A stretch of 64,000 bases of DNA from Candidatus Bathyarchaeota archaeon (GTDB lineage: Archaea > Thermoproteota > Bathyarchaeia > Bathyarchaeales > Bathycorpusculaceae). Numbering within the stretch: position 1 is the first letter of the stretch; each line of letters opens with the position of its first letter. The translations under genes were made by a program, and so were the position numbers. Below are positions 29,371 through 39,354 of the stretch, piece after piece. The notes under the pieces were generated by a model. The model was not told the origin of the DNA, ran no database searches, and saw only the letters and a list, made by a program, of their open reading frames with translations. The stretch spans positions 32,001 through 96,000 of the forward strand of contig CAWFFH010000001.1 of NCBI GenBank assembly GCA_963815095.1. The letters run 5' to 3'.

Positions 29371-30153
29371 CTAATTATAAGTCTTTAGACGGATGCTCTT
29401 TCGAAGAAGCAGTGACATGATCAATGGAATAATCACAAACAAAAGCAGAATTGCCAAAGGACTAAACTCTGGAACACTTGGAGAGGCAGGTATTGTTGGC
29501 TGAATAATTGGTTGAGTTGGATTCGCTGAGGGTGAAGTTCCAGGGATGGTAAAGGTTTGTACATTGCTCCAGTCGCTATCAACACTAGCCCAACCATGGA
29601 AAGGCAACAGTCCATAATAGTAAGTATAGTCGTAGCCTAAAGATGCCTGAACCCTGAAATCCATTGCTCCTCCAGCGGGAACAGCTCCAATGGGGATAGA
29701 AACTACAGTGTACTCAGAATTTGACGCTACAACGTCCGCTCCGATAAGCCCGTCTTCTCCTTCAACCCGAAAATAATCTTCAGGTTGAAAATGACCTTTA
29801 TCTTCAATAAAATATCTAAAAACTGCGACGTTTCCATTGTTAATTGTGGACGGGTAAGGTTGGTTTCTTATAGATACATCCACCGTGTAATTTTTGACAT
29901 TATATCCTGGAATTGTTGTTATTGTAACTTTACCAGTGAAGGGATCAGTTGAGGAAGTTGTTTTTGCTGGAACGTCATACTAGTGGTCAGCAAACGTCAG
30001 GGTGAATTGAGGAACTGACGGTTTAGGAATGTTAGGTTTAACTGTAGGTGCCTGAGGGTCAGCGCATGATGCCTCCAACAACATTAAACTTGAGACAGAA
30101 CAGATAACTGTAATGACAATAAGTACAGTTAAACCTTCGCTGAAACGTTTCAT
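29371..30153 (-). pseudogene. Secreted protein with PEF-CTERM-like sorting signal, interrupted by an in-frame TAG
   Basis: ATG at 30153 opens a signal peptide, then PKPSVPQFTL.FADH*YDVP with TAG at 29980-29982. The same frame continues into ORF 29371..29883 and ends VPEF + TM helix + basic tail. Confidence 0.75.
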
Positions 30154-30364
30154 GTTTGATTATTTAGAACCGTTTATATTAAAATGCTTATTGCAAACTA
30201 TTCTCTCTATCAACAATTAACAAACAACCCATGCAAGCGGTTATCAATCTTTAGCGCCTATTTTTTTTGAGTGTCGTGTGTTCTTCTGTTCTATGTATAT
30301 ATCTGCATGTTAACAACCATTAAGTACCACCTGATACTGAATCACTGTTCAAGAGGATACTTAC

Positions 30365-31015
30365 ATGTCTGAACATTTCGCAAAAAAATGGGAACAAAAA
30401 AGAGACGAAGGGCAATCATTTGGTAGAGCAATACGAGAAACAGTCCAGCCACCCCCAGCATTGAGGCCACGGTTAGATTCTGCCTGCAAACACCTCGAGC
30501 TGCAAATCAGCAAACTAGACCAAGCAAACGAACGCTTCCAACAAAAAGACAAAGCACTATTCTCCAAAATAGTTGACGCATACACCAAACATGATTCTGC
30601 TCACGCAAACATTTACTCAACCGAACTAGCCGAAATCCGCAAAATGTCAAAACTAATCATGAATGCAAGACTTGCACTAGACCAAGTAGCTCTAAGAATA
30701 CGCACTGTATCTGAACTTGGAGATGTCGTTGCAGCATTAGGTCCATGCGTTGGCGTACTGCGTAGCGTTAGCACAGGATTAGGCGGTGTTTTGCCAGAAG
30801 CAGAAGGCGAACTAGGCAACATCGGCAACATGCTAAGCGGCTTAATGTTTGATGCAGGTTCAAGCAGTGGAATGTCACTAAACTTTGACTCAGTAAACGA
30901 AGACGCCTCAAAAATCCTATCTGAAGCAGCGACCGTTGCAGAACAAAGAGTCAGCGCAAACTTCCCAGACCTGCCACCTGGAATGCCTGGTGCATCAAAT
31001 AAATCGAAAGCTTAA
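30365..31015 (+). CDS. ESCRT-III / Snf7-family protein (CdvB paralogue)
   Basis: Coiled coil QISKLD...RF..KDK.LF.KIV.A, A.IY..ELAEIRK, LAL.Q..LR..TV.ELGDV, A.KIL.EA..VAE, ending FPDLP. Confidence 0.88.
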   Translation: MSEHFAKKWEQKRDEGQSFGRAIRETVQPPPALRPRLDSACKHLELQISKLDQANERFQQKDKALFSKIVDAYTKHDSAHANIYSTELAEIRKMSKLIMNARLALDQVALRIRTVSELGDVVAALGPCVGVLRSVSTGLGGVLPEAEGELGNIGNMLSGLMFDAGSSSGMSLNFDSVNEDASKILSEAATVAEQRVSANFPDLPPGMPGASNKSKA

Positions 31016-31319
31016 ACTCAATTAAGCATTCTTCTCTTTACCTTTCTTTTTCTTTTCAACTTTTAAAAATATTTTAAGTTAAAAGTTTGAGTTGTTTCCC
31101 CAATATTCAGATTTCTTGTTATCGCTCAGAACAATGGTGATTAAAGATTTTTTGTATTACAGCGACGCTTTTGGGGTGGACTTTGGCAGTTACGAAGTAG
31201 TTATGGCGACAGCGGTAAATATGTATCAGACCTCAGAAAAACCCTATTGAAGTTTACACAATCCTGAGTTCAAATTTGTTGACTGACTCAAAAATCAATT
31301 TTGCAATACTGTTAGACTT

Positions 31320-31353
31320 TTTGATCATGCTGTTCTAATGACTGGACTTATAT
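31320..31353 (+). promoter_or_regulatory. Candidate operator (TTTGATC-N5-GTTCTAA) plus TATA box for the HTH-TM gene
   Basis: Imperfect palindrome at 31320-31338 and TTATAT at 31348-31353; a related motif recurs at 31842-31860. Confidence 0.4.
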
Positions 31354-31391
31354 CTACCGTGTAGTCTTTATGGGTTGAGGGGGTTGACTGC

Positions 31392-31838
31392 TTGAATGGG
31401 AAGAATGAAACAGACCTTGAGTATGCACTTCGAGGCAAAGCATGGAAAGTCTACTGGTTCCTCCTAAAAACCGGCAACCCCGTTGGTGTCCGAGAGGTCC
31501 AACGCGCCCTGCATTTTAGCAGCCCCAGCATCGCCTTTCACCATTTAGAACAGCTACGCGATTTGGGTTTGGTTGAAAAACAGGAAATCGGCGGCCACTA
31601 TTTGTTGGTGGGTCAAGTAAAAATAGGTGTCCTTCGACATTACGTGAAGCTTGGGAAACTTTTGTTTCCACGGTTCTTCTTCTACGCCCTATTCTCAACC
31701 GTGTTCTATGCAGCTTATCTGTTGATTATAGTTAACAGTTTAACCCGTGATAACCTGTTCATAATTTCGTTTGGAGCAATCGTGTGCGCGATATTTTGGT
31801 ATGAAGCCTATCGTGTTTGGGAAATGAGACCATTCTAA
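31392..31838 (+). CDS. Membrane-anchored winged-HTH transcriptional regulator
   Basis: LRGKAWKVY.FLL....PVGVREVQRAL.FSSPSIA.HHL.QL..LGLV, followed by two TM helices. Confidence 0.82.
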   Translation: MNGKNETDLEYALRGKAWKVYWFLLKTGNPVGVREVQRALHFSSPSIAFHHLEQLRDLGLVEKQEIGGHYLLVGQVKIGVLRHYVKLGKLLFPRFFFYALFSTVFYAAYLLIIVNSLTRDNLFIISFGAIVCAIFWYEAYRVWEMRPF

Positions 31839-31841
31839 TTG

Positions 31842-31879
31842 TTAGAACAGCCCGTTCGCATGCTTAGCATCAAATAAAA
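31842..31879 (+). promoter_or_regulatory. Candidate operator (TTAGAAC-N5-GTTCGCA) plus AT-rich TATA-like box for the beta-propeller gene
   Basis: Imperfect palindrome at 31842-31860 and AAATAAAA at 31872-31879. Confidence 0.4.
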
Positions 31880-31912
31880 AGATAACATATCCATCTTAGG
31901 AGAAAAGAATGT

Positions 31913-33976
31913 ATGGTTCAAAAAGAAGTTAAGAAAAAAACAGTAATCTACGCTACAGCAGCAATCCTGATGGCGACAATTTTAATTTCTATGGTTTACA
32001 CCTTTGGTTCTCTCTCGCCAAATTCGCCTTCAAATCCTTCAGGTCAAAACCCCATTTCTAATCCTTCACCCGGTTCTACAATAACTCCGATTTCTAATTC
32101 TCCTTCAGCAATAGGTATGAAAACTTTCTCTTCCCTTCAAGAACTAAAAAGTTACCTCGCAAACGCTTCAACAGCTGGATACTACGGGATTGAGCAATCG
32201 TTTGGAAGCACAAAAAACGCTGCTCCGGTTCCAGCACCAGCACACGTGATGGCAACGGCAACTTCGGGGGTTACTACTGATTATTCCACCACTAACATCC
32301 AAGTTGCAGGTGTTGACGAAGCTGACACCGTAAAAACTGATGGGCAATACATCTATACCATATCTACTCCTCAATCATACTACTATTATCCTTACGATTC
32401 CTCTTTGCAACCCTCAAGTATCGTCTCCATTTTAAATGCTGACCCACAAAATGCCCAAGTCGTCTCAAAAATTTCCTTGGATAGCAGTTTAACGCCAATT
32501 GGCTTGTTTTTAAGCCCAGACAGCACAAAGCTCGCTGTTTTATCGAATAAATACACATACAATTATGGTGCAACAACAAGCCCAAGCAGCATCTCGATCA
32601 TGCCATTCTACAGCTATCAAGCAACAGCTATAAACATCTACGATATCACCAACAAAGCCACTCCAGTTTTAACTCGTAACTTTACAGTAAGTGGCAGCTA
32701 CTTCAACTCTCGAATGATAGGTAACTACCTTTATGCTATAACAAGCCAAAGCGCCATGGTATACAATGATTTGGTAACGGTTCCTGCAGTTTACAATGGC
32801 GGAGTTGCCTACGCAGCGTCGCCAACAAGCATCTACTATGCCGATATGAACCAATCAAACTATTACTCTTTCACAAGCTTCTACGGCATCGACATCGCAA
32901 ATGACCAGCAACAACCCACTAACATGACAGTGTTGATGAGCGGCGCAAGCACAATGTACGTGTCCCCAAGCAACATATACGTGGCTTACCCAAACTGGGC
33001 AAACGGAACCGATTTGACTTCAATTTACCGAATAAAAATTGACGGTTTACAACTTAGTTTTGAAGCCCAAGGCAACATTCCTGGCTACGCAATGGATCAA
33101 TACTCTATGGATGAATATGGCAGTAACCTGAGAGTTGCAACCCACCTGTATCAATACACATTTGACCTATTTTCATCGCAACAGTCAATCCAAACCAACA
33201 ACCTCTACGTCCTTAACCAAAACTTAACCGTGGTCGGGAAATTGGAAGGAATTGGACAAGGAGAAAACCTTCACGCAGTCCGCTTCATGGGCGATAGAGG
33301 CTACATGGTAACCTTCATCAAAACAGACCCCTTATTCGTAATCGACCTAAGTCAGCCAAAAAACCCCCGAATACTTGGTGAGCTCACTATGCCGGGTTAC
33401 AGCGACTATTTGCATCCCTACGACTCTAACCACCTAATTGGCGTAGGCAAAGACGCAGTTGGTTCAGCTCAAGGCAATTTTGCATGGTATCAAGGTTTAA
33501 AGCTGGCCCTATTTGATGTAAGCGACGTTAACAACCCTGTGTTGATGGCAAACTACAGTATTGGTGACAGGGGCACAAATTCAGAGGTTCTAAATGACCC
33601 TAAAGCGCTCCTATTCGATAAAGGCAAGAATCTGCTTGTCATTCCAGTTGATTTGGCAATTGTAAATCAAACTTTAGCGCAGCAATACCCATCAGATTTT
33701 CCTGCTTACGGGCAACAAGTCTGGCAAGGCGCATATGTCTTTAGCCTGTCCACAGAGGGTGGCTTTACGCTTAAAGGAACAATAACACACCTAAACGCCA
33801 CATTATTCAACAGCCAAGGACAACTAAGCAACCAAAACGACTACTATTCCACACAAAATGATTGGATAACGCGCTCCCTCTACATCGGAAACACACTCTT
33901 TACCATATCCAACAGCGAAGTAAAACTCAGCAGCCTAACCGACCTCTCGCAAATCGCAGTAGTAAATCTCCAATAA
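31913..33976 (+). CDS. Secreted beta-propeller domain protein (Beta_propel-like family)
   Basis: N-terminal anchor; YSTTNIQVAGVDEADTVKTDG.YIY, SRMIG, QYSMDEY...LRVAT, VRFMGD.GY.VTF..TDPLFVIDL, PGYSDYLHPY, R.LYIG..L.T.S. Confidence 0.87.
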   Translation: MVQKEVKKKTVIYATAAILMATILISMVYTFGSLSPNSPSNPSGQNPISNPSPGSTITPISNSPSAIGMKTFSSLQELKSYLANASTAGYYGIEQSFGSTKNAAPVPAPAHVMATATSGVTTDYSTTNIQVAGVDEADTVKTDGQYIYTISTPQSYYYYPYDSSLQPSSIVSILNADPQNAQVVSKISLDSSLTPIGLFLSPDSTKLAVLSNKYTYNYGATTSPSSISIMPFYSYQATAINIYDITNKATPVLTRNFTVSGSYFNSRMIGNYLYAITSQSAMVYNDLVTVPAVYNGGVAYAASPTSIYYADMNQSNYYSFTSFYGIDIANDQQQPTNMTVLMSGASTMYVSPSNIYVAYPNWANGTDLTSIYRIKIDGLQLSFEAQGNIPGYAMDQYSMDEYGSNLRVATHLYQYTFDLFSSQQSIQTNNLYVLNQNLTVVGKLEGIGQGENLHAVRFMGDRGYMVTFIKTDPLFVIDLSQPKNPRILGELTMPGYSDYLHPYDSNHLIGVGKDAVGSAQGNFAWYQGLKLALFDVSDVNNPVLMANYSIGDRGTNSEVLNDPKALLFDKGKNLLVIPVDLAIVNQTLAQQYPSDFPAYGQQVWQGAYVFSLSTEGGFTLKGTITHLNATLFNSQGQLSNQNDYYSTQNDWITRSLYIGNTLFTISNSEVKLSSLTDLSQIAVVNLQ

Positions 33977-34120
33977 CTTTTTCTTTTTTTTAAAGTCCTA
34001 TTTATTTCTATTTTTTTTAACACGTTTATAGTTGGTAAAAAAGCTTCTAAAGTTTGTACCATGAATTTCCTATGGATCCAAATAAGTTCCTGAGCGATTT
34101 TTTGTTTGAAATGTAGCGTT

Positions 34121-35284
34121 TTAGGTTACTGTTTGATTCCAATAGAAAACTTGATTGTAATTTCCAAGCAAAGGCACAATCAGATCCGGTTCATCATAAA
34201 GTACGTCAACCCGTGAGCCATAAATTGCCGTCAAGGTCGCTACGTCGGAGTAGATTTTTGAAGATAACGCATCTGCTGGGAACAATCCCCAAATAGTGTC
34301 TTCGGGGCTGCGGAAGCCAAACCCGTAATCTGCAGGCACAACATAGGCGACTTCAGGCTTGTTTGAGTCTAAACTTCCTGGGTTACTTTGAATGGTGCTC
34401 CAGAATTTCTGCAATGCAGCAAAATGGTCATCAGTTAGGATTCCATAGCTTGTTATATTTGGGTAACTGAAAACTACCGCGTATTTGGCACCTACACTGT
34501 AAGCCAACGAGAGGTCACTATAGAGGTCTTTTCCTGATTCAAGATACGGCGGCTGGTTATACTTCCAGTTAATAATGACACCCCATTCTCTGCCAAACGC
34601 ATCTGACGCCCCCCTGCAGCGGGCGATGTGGCGTTCTCTGCTTTCGTTACCTACGAACTCGGCGAAGATCGCACTATAGTTTGCTTTGTAATTAAACCAG
34701 TAGAGACCATAATCTGAGGTGAAAATCTTGGGGCTATACTGTAGGTAATACTTTGAGAAAAACGCTAAGGTATCGGTGAAATTCTCAGCTACATCTGTAT
34801 AGGTTGTGTTAGCTTGGAGCATGGTGCGGTTGAAGAGCTGGAAAGCGCCGCTGTCAAGCTGGTTTCCTCCAGGTTCATCGTACCTGTCTATTCCCAAGAA
34901 ACTATCCCCGTACCGAACCTTGGCCTCAGTCAACCAATGTGAAATATTATAATTGTACATTTCTAAGCCAGTAAACAGTACGATAAAGTTTAGTTTAGCT
35001 TGGAAAATATAGTCACATGCCTGAGTCAAAGCAGTTTCATTAAATGTTAAGCCTACTGAACCCATGACAAAAAAATTCGTGTAATCCTTCACTTTGTCTA
35101 CTAAAGCCTGAATTTGGGTTATTTGAACTTGAGCGGTTTGGTTTTTACCGTAAGCATACTCCACGCCCACGTAGAATTGCCTACTTGGGGTTTGGTTGCT
35201 AAAGGGTTTGAGTGCCAAAAAAAGCGATAAAACAATTAGCACGATGAGCACGGAGGCGGTTAAAGCGATAAATTTACGGTTCAA
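34121..35284 (-). CDS. Secreted/membrane-anchored hypothetical protein, possibly a glycoside-hydrolase-like TIM barrel
   Basis: N-terminal TM helix; VDKVKDYTN.FV, YDEPGG.QLD, TSDYGLYWF, RG...AFG..WG.II.W, P.DYGFG.R...D.IWG; aromatic-rich. Confidence 0.6.
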   Translation of the reverse strand: MNRKFIALTASVLIVLIVLSLFLALKPFSNQTPSRQFYVGVEYAYGKNQTAQVQITQIQALVDKVKDYTNFFVMGSVGLTFNETALTQACDYIFQAKLNFIVLFTGLEMYNYNISHWLTEAKVRYGDSFLGIDRYDEPGGNQLDSGAFQLFNRTMLQANTTYTDVAENFTDTLAFFSKYYLQYSPKIFTSDYGLYWFNYKANYSAIFAEFVGNESRERHIARCRGASDAFGREWGVIINWKYNQPPYLESGKDLYSDLSLAYSVGAKYAVVFSYPNITSYGILTDDHFAALQKFWSTIQSNPGSLDSNKPEVAYVVPADYGFGFRSPEDTIWGLFPADALSSKIYSDVATLTAIYGSRVDVLYDEPDLIVPLLGNYNQVFYWNQTVT

Positions 35285-35384
35285 ATTTGCTCAACCAATG
35301 AGTAGAATAATCAAAGACAAAAGTATTTAATGTTTGAACAGTTGCCGGTAGACCAAAAAGAAAGAAGAAAAATTAATTCATCTT

Positions 35385-35825
35385 TTACCTGTGATAGAGA
35401 CCTATCAACTCGCCTTTAGCAAGAATATGTCCTTGTATGGCTTTTTCAAGGTCTCTTTTGGTGGTTTTGGCTCCTAAACTTAGCTCTGTGTCAAGAGCAT
35501 AAACCTTAAAGAAATATCTATGTGTACCCGAAGGTGGACATGGACCCATAAACCCTTTCTGCCGTGCGCTATTCAACCCCTCTGTTCCGGGAACCGAGTT
35601 CTCAGCTATTTTGGTTGTCGATGACGGAATGTTCCATACTACCCAATGGTCAAATGTTCCATGTGGAGCGTCGGGATCATCAATAACTAGTGCTATGCTC
35701 TTTGCTTCTTTGGATACTCCTTCGATTGTTACTGCTGGATTGGTGTCTTCCCCGTCACAGGTGTGTTTTTTAGGGATTGGGCTGTTGTGAGTAAACGATG
35801 GGCTTTTGATTGTGAGTTCCTTCAT
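35385..35825 (-). CDS. YbhB/YbcL (PEBP / Raf kinase inhibitor-like) protein
   Basis: IP..HTCDG, DDPDAP.GTF.HWVVWNIP, GPCPPSGTHRY.FKVYALD. Confidence 0.93.
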   Translation of the reverse strand: MKELTIKSPSFTHNSPIPKKHTCDGEDTNPAVTIEGVSKEAKSIALVIDDPDAPHGTFDHWVVWNIPSSTTKIAENSVPGTEGLNSARQKGFMGPCPPSGTHRYFFKVYALDTELSLGAKTTKRDLEKAIQGHILAKGELIGLYHR

Positions 35826-35899
35826 TAAAATCCTCTTGGAACAATGTTTTGCGGGTTAGATAAAGTTGATGAAAAAAAACGCTATTCATTTGATGTTTT

Positions 35900-36078
35900 T
35901 TATTCTTTCCATTTTTCCATGATCAACTTCCTTCATTTGGGCTGAAATGGACCTTAAGAGGTATTGAATCGTCGCATTTTAGCGGAAACATACGGTCCTC
36001 TACAATGCGAACGGGATAATTGAGCAAGTATCTATTGTCTTTTCGCCTAATGATAGTTCCATTTTCCTCATTACCTAT
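35900..36078 (-). pseudogene. Degraded small AbrB/SpoVT-like DNA-binding protein gene
   Basis: Reads GNEENGTIIRRKDNRYLLNYPVRIVEDRMFPLKCDDSIPLKVHF, then shifts frame into LIMEKWKE*. ATA occupies the expected start position. Confidence 0.35.
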
Positions 36079-36175
36079 AAATCATTACAAACAAGTTAGC
36101 GATGTCTTCTCAGGAAGCCTTTAAACCTGGCTATAAGAAACCAATTAAAAATAAGTATTGATGGTGTAGACAGTT

Positions 36176-37870
36176 TTAAACTTGAGCTTTTCTTAGAAAA
36201 TCCGCTGCAATCCTCAAATTTATCCTGTAAAAGGCTATGGTTATGCCCAACGAAATGGCTGCGCTAATAGCGGCTCCAATGGCAAGACTTGTCGTGCTGA
36301 TGGCGCTACCAGTGAACAGCGATAACCCAATCGTCACGATTAATGGAGCCAAAACGGCTATTCCAACTACAGCACCAACAACTAATCCAATCAACGACCA
36401 TTCTTGACGCACCATCCTTGCTCGGCGAGTCTGAGAGAAATCTGGACCCTTAAACCCGATTGTCAACGAAACAGTTCCCACAGCTAACAACATAAAGAAT
36501 CCTCCAAGAAAAGAAGCGATTGAAACGTACCAGTTTGCATGATAGAATATTACGCCTATAGTTCCGCTTACAATCAGAATGATTGTTGAAAAGAGCGTTA
36601 AAAAGAACATCTTGGCTTTAACGAGGATTTTAGGTGAAATCGGCGAGGCGTAAATCCTCCAGACAGATTGCCCTTCTTCGCCAATCATTACTTCGCCAAG
36701 CAGCAAAGCGGTAAAACCTGCCGGTAAAAAGAAAATAATGACTTCAAAAATGAGTTCTCCAGTACCTTGACCTCCTCCCGTTGTTCCAATTGTCCCGAAC
36801 GATTGCATGACTGGGAGAATAATCATGATAATAGGCACGATGAAAATGCTTATCATTTCACGGCGCCTAGTGAAAGCTCTACCATCTTTACGAATTATTG
36901 CAGCTTCAGCGCTGGATAACCCAAGTTTACCCAAAAAGCCTGTTTTAGGTGCATAAACACCGCTTTTTTGAAGGTTAATTGCGGGGGGCTCGTAGAGTCC
37001 GAATAGTTGGTTTAGCTTTACTGCTAAAAAGTAGAGTGCCGCAATGAAAAGTGCAGCTGATGTAGTGTAAACTAAGCTTTGTAAATACATTCCACTGAAA
37101 CTGTTGCCTATTGTTAATGCGAGCCAAATGAAGGGGACAAACCAAGCCACACTTTGAATCTGCTGTATACTTCTGAAGAATGTTAGGGCGCCTGTTCCGT
37201 TAATTACGTAGAAATAAACGGTATAGAAAGCAATGAAGAGAAATAGTGTGGTGATTAATCTCACCCATATGGCTGCTTTGCCGCTGGATTTGTAGACTGC
37301 GCCGGTGAAACGCATCTGCAGTAACCTTAGGACTTCTGTGAGGGCACTTGCCATGAAAGCAGTTGCAAGCAACGCGAATGTGGTCAAGATTGCCTGTAGA
37401 ATTAAACCGTTGAATGCTCCATAAACGATGGCTCCTGTTCCAATGCCTAAAACTAGTGCGATAGGCAAACCAAGGAGGTTGGATAATATGGATGCCATCG
37501 TTTGTTCTTGCCAGGTTATAGGTAGCCAATACATTACTTGTCCCGCGGCTTTGATTCCTGAAACTTGGATTTGCTGGAGAAGTGTAAATACGAAGGCGAA
37601 GACTAGGACTATTGTTGGCAATGTAACGAAGACGCTTAAGGAACCGCTTGCAAGAGGCGGCAGGTTTGGAATGGAGTTTGCATTTGAATAAATTGAAGAT
37701 ACTGCGAAATTAGCTATTAAGCCGCTTATTACACCAATTATTACTGCTATCCAATAGGGCCAGTAGGCAAGTACGAGGTTTTCCCGGTACCTTGTTGCCT
37801 TTATCCCTCGTATTAATCGGCCAGATTTGCGTTCAACCCTAAGCAGATAGAGGACGTTCTTCCAGTTCAT
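36176..37870 (-). CDS. ABC exporter permease (about 14 TM, duplicated ABC-2-like)
   Basis: Polytopic; YWLPIT, IIRKD.RAF.RR and E.Q..WRIYASPIS motifs; overlaps the upstream ATPase by 4 nt. Confidence 0.78.
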   Translation of the reverse strand: MNWKNVLYLLRVERKSGRLIRGIKATRYRENLVLAYWPYWIAVIIGVISGLIANFAVSSIYSNANSIPNLPPLASGSLSVFVTLPTIVLVFAFVFTLLQQIQVSGIKAAGQVMYWLPITWQEQTMASILSNLLGLPIALVLGIGTGAIVYGAFNGLILQAILTTFALLATAFMASALTEVLRLLQMRFTGAVYKSSGKAAIWVRLITTLFLFIAFYTVYFYVINGTGALTFFRSIQQIQSVAWFVPFIWLALTIGNSFSGMYLQSLVYTTSAALFIAALYFLAVKLNQLFGLYEPPAINLQKSGVYAPKTGFLGKLGLSSAEAAIIRKDGRAFTRRREMISIFIVPIIMIILPVMQSFGTIGTTGGGQGTGELIFEVIIFFLPAGFTALLLGEVMIGEEGQSVWRIYASPISPKILVKAKMFFLTLFSTIILIVSGTIGVIFYHANWYVSIASFLGGFFMLLAVGTVSLTIGFKGPDFSQTRRARMVRQEWSLIGLVVGAVVGIAVLAPLIVTIGLSLFTGSAISTTSLAIGAAISAAISLGITIAFYRINLRIAADFLRKAQV

Positions 37871-38640
37871 CGTAGCAGTTCCTCAACGACAGCTCTTAAA
37901 TCTCCAGTTCCAGTCAACTTGAGGAAGATATCTTCTAGGCCGCTGTTCGGTAAACTTGCTCTACCCCTAAGTTCCTCCATAGTGCCTAACGCTAAAATGT
38001 TGCCCTGATACATTATGGCAATTCGGTCGCACAAAGCCTCAGCAATCTCTAAAACATGAGTAGAAAGAATAGTTGTGACACCCTGCCTTTTTAGTTCATG
38101 TAGCAAATCCTTTACTATTTTTGCGCTTCTAGGGTCTAAGGTGTTGAGGGGTTCGTCCAGAATCAAGAGCTTTGGTTTGTGAAGGAATGCTGAGATTAGG
38201 CTGATTTTCTTCTTCATGCCGTCAGAGTAACTGTTAATCATGTCGCCTTCTCTGCCTTCGAGTTGAAGGGCTTTGAGGTATTCAGTTATGCGCTGCTTCT
38301 TCTCAGCAGTGGGAACACCGTATATGTCTGCGATGAAATCGAGGTATTCGATTCCTGTTAAGAACTCGTAGATGTTGGGTGACTCGGGAACGTAACCGAC
38401 TTGCTGCTTGACTGAAACTGGGTCTTTTTTTACATCTATCCCTAAAACGTTGATTGCGCCTGCAGTGGGCTCAACCAAACTCATTAGCATTTTAAGGGTT
38501 GTGGATTTTCCTGAACCGTTCGGTCCCAAAAGTGCAAAGATTTCGCCTGTGTTAATGGTTAGGTTCATGTTGTTTACGGCTACGATTTCGTTGTAGCGTT
38601 TCGTTACGCCCTGAAGTTCTACTGCATATGGAGTGCTCAT
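37867..38640 (-). CDS. ABC transporter ATP-binding protein
   Basis: GPNGSGKST, signature variant YSDGMKKK, LILDEP, STH. Confidence 0.93.
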   Translation of the reverse strand: MSTPYAVELQGVTKRYNEIVAVNNMNLTINTGEIFALLGPNGSGKSTTLKMLMSLVEPTAGAINVLGIDVKKDPVSVKQQVGYVPESPNIYEFLTGIEYLDFIADIYGVPTAEKKQRITEYLKALQLEGREGDMINSYSDGMKKKISLISAFLHKPKLLILDEPLNTLDPRSAKIVKDLLHELKRQGVTTILSTHVLEIAEALCDRIAIMYQGNILALGTMEELRGRASLPNSGLEDIFLKLTGTGDLRAVVEELLR

Positions 38641-38777
38641 GCTTACCAGTGCTCAAATGCAAATAGAAAAGCCTCGGTATTTAAGGGTAATGCGTATTTC
38701 CAGAGGTCTTACATTTGTTGGAAACGTAAACAAAAAAGGTTGCACAAAAAAATAAGAAAAGAAGAAATTACTCAGAC

Positions 38778-39227
38778 TTACTTAAAGTTGAGTTCAAAGC
38801 TTATAGGAACCGCTTCGCCCCAAGATTGACGAATTGGACAAATTTTCTGTGCCATCCCATAAACTGTGGTGGCTTTTTTGCGTTCGCGTTCATTATCGTT
38901 TTCTAAGGCTACGTTCATGTTGAAGTGGACGTTTGTGAAAATCAGTTTTTCCATGCCTTCTACATTCATCTTAACGTTTGCAGCGGTTTCCAAGCTTTTA
39001 AGTCCCAACTGACTGTTCTTAGCAATCAATAAAAATAGTGTGTTGATGCATGACGCTAAAGCTGCGGCGAAGATGTCTTCTGGTACGCAGTAGCCTTCTT
39101 TTCCACCAAACGATGGGGGAGGACTGACGGTTACAAGTTTTTTGCCTTTGATTGACAGTTCGCATTCGGTTGCGCCTTTCCATGTTGCAGTTCCTTCAAA
39201 ATTCATTTCTGGCATAAAAATCTCCAT
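38778..39227 (-). CDS. OsmC/Ohr-family protein
   Basis: PP.FGG......PED.FAAALASC and a second Cys in A.KICPI. Confidence 0.85.
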   Translation of the reverse strand: MEIFMPEMNFEGTATWKGATECELSIKGKKLVTVSPPPSFGGKEGYCVPEDIFAAALASCINTLFLLIAKNSQLGLKSLETAANVKMNVEGMEKLIFTNVHFNMNVALENDNERERKKATTVYGMAQKICPIRQSWGEAVPISFELNFK

Positions 39228-39354
39228 AACTTTATTGTGTTGGTGGAAATTTAAGGTTACGGAAACTCTGGTTCAATAGGGGTGCTTCTAAGGTTGATTT
39301 CCAAGGCGTCTTTTTTTTGCTAAGCAAATATTCTTAAATCTTTCCAAAGTTTCA

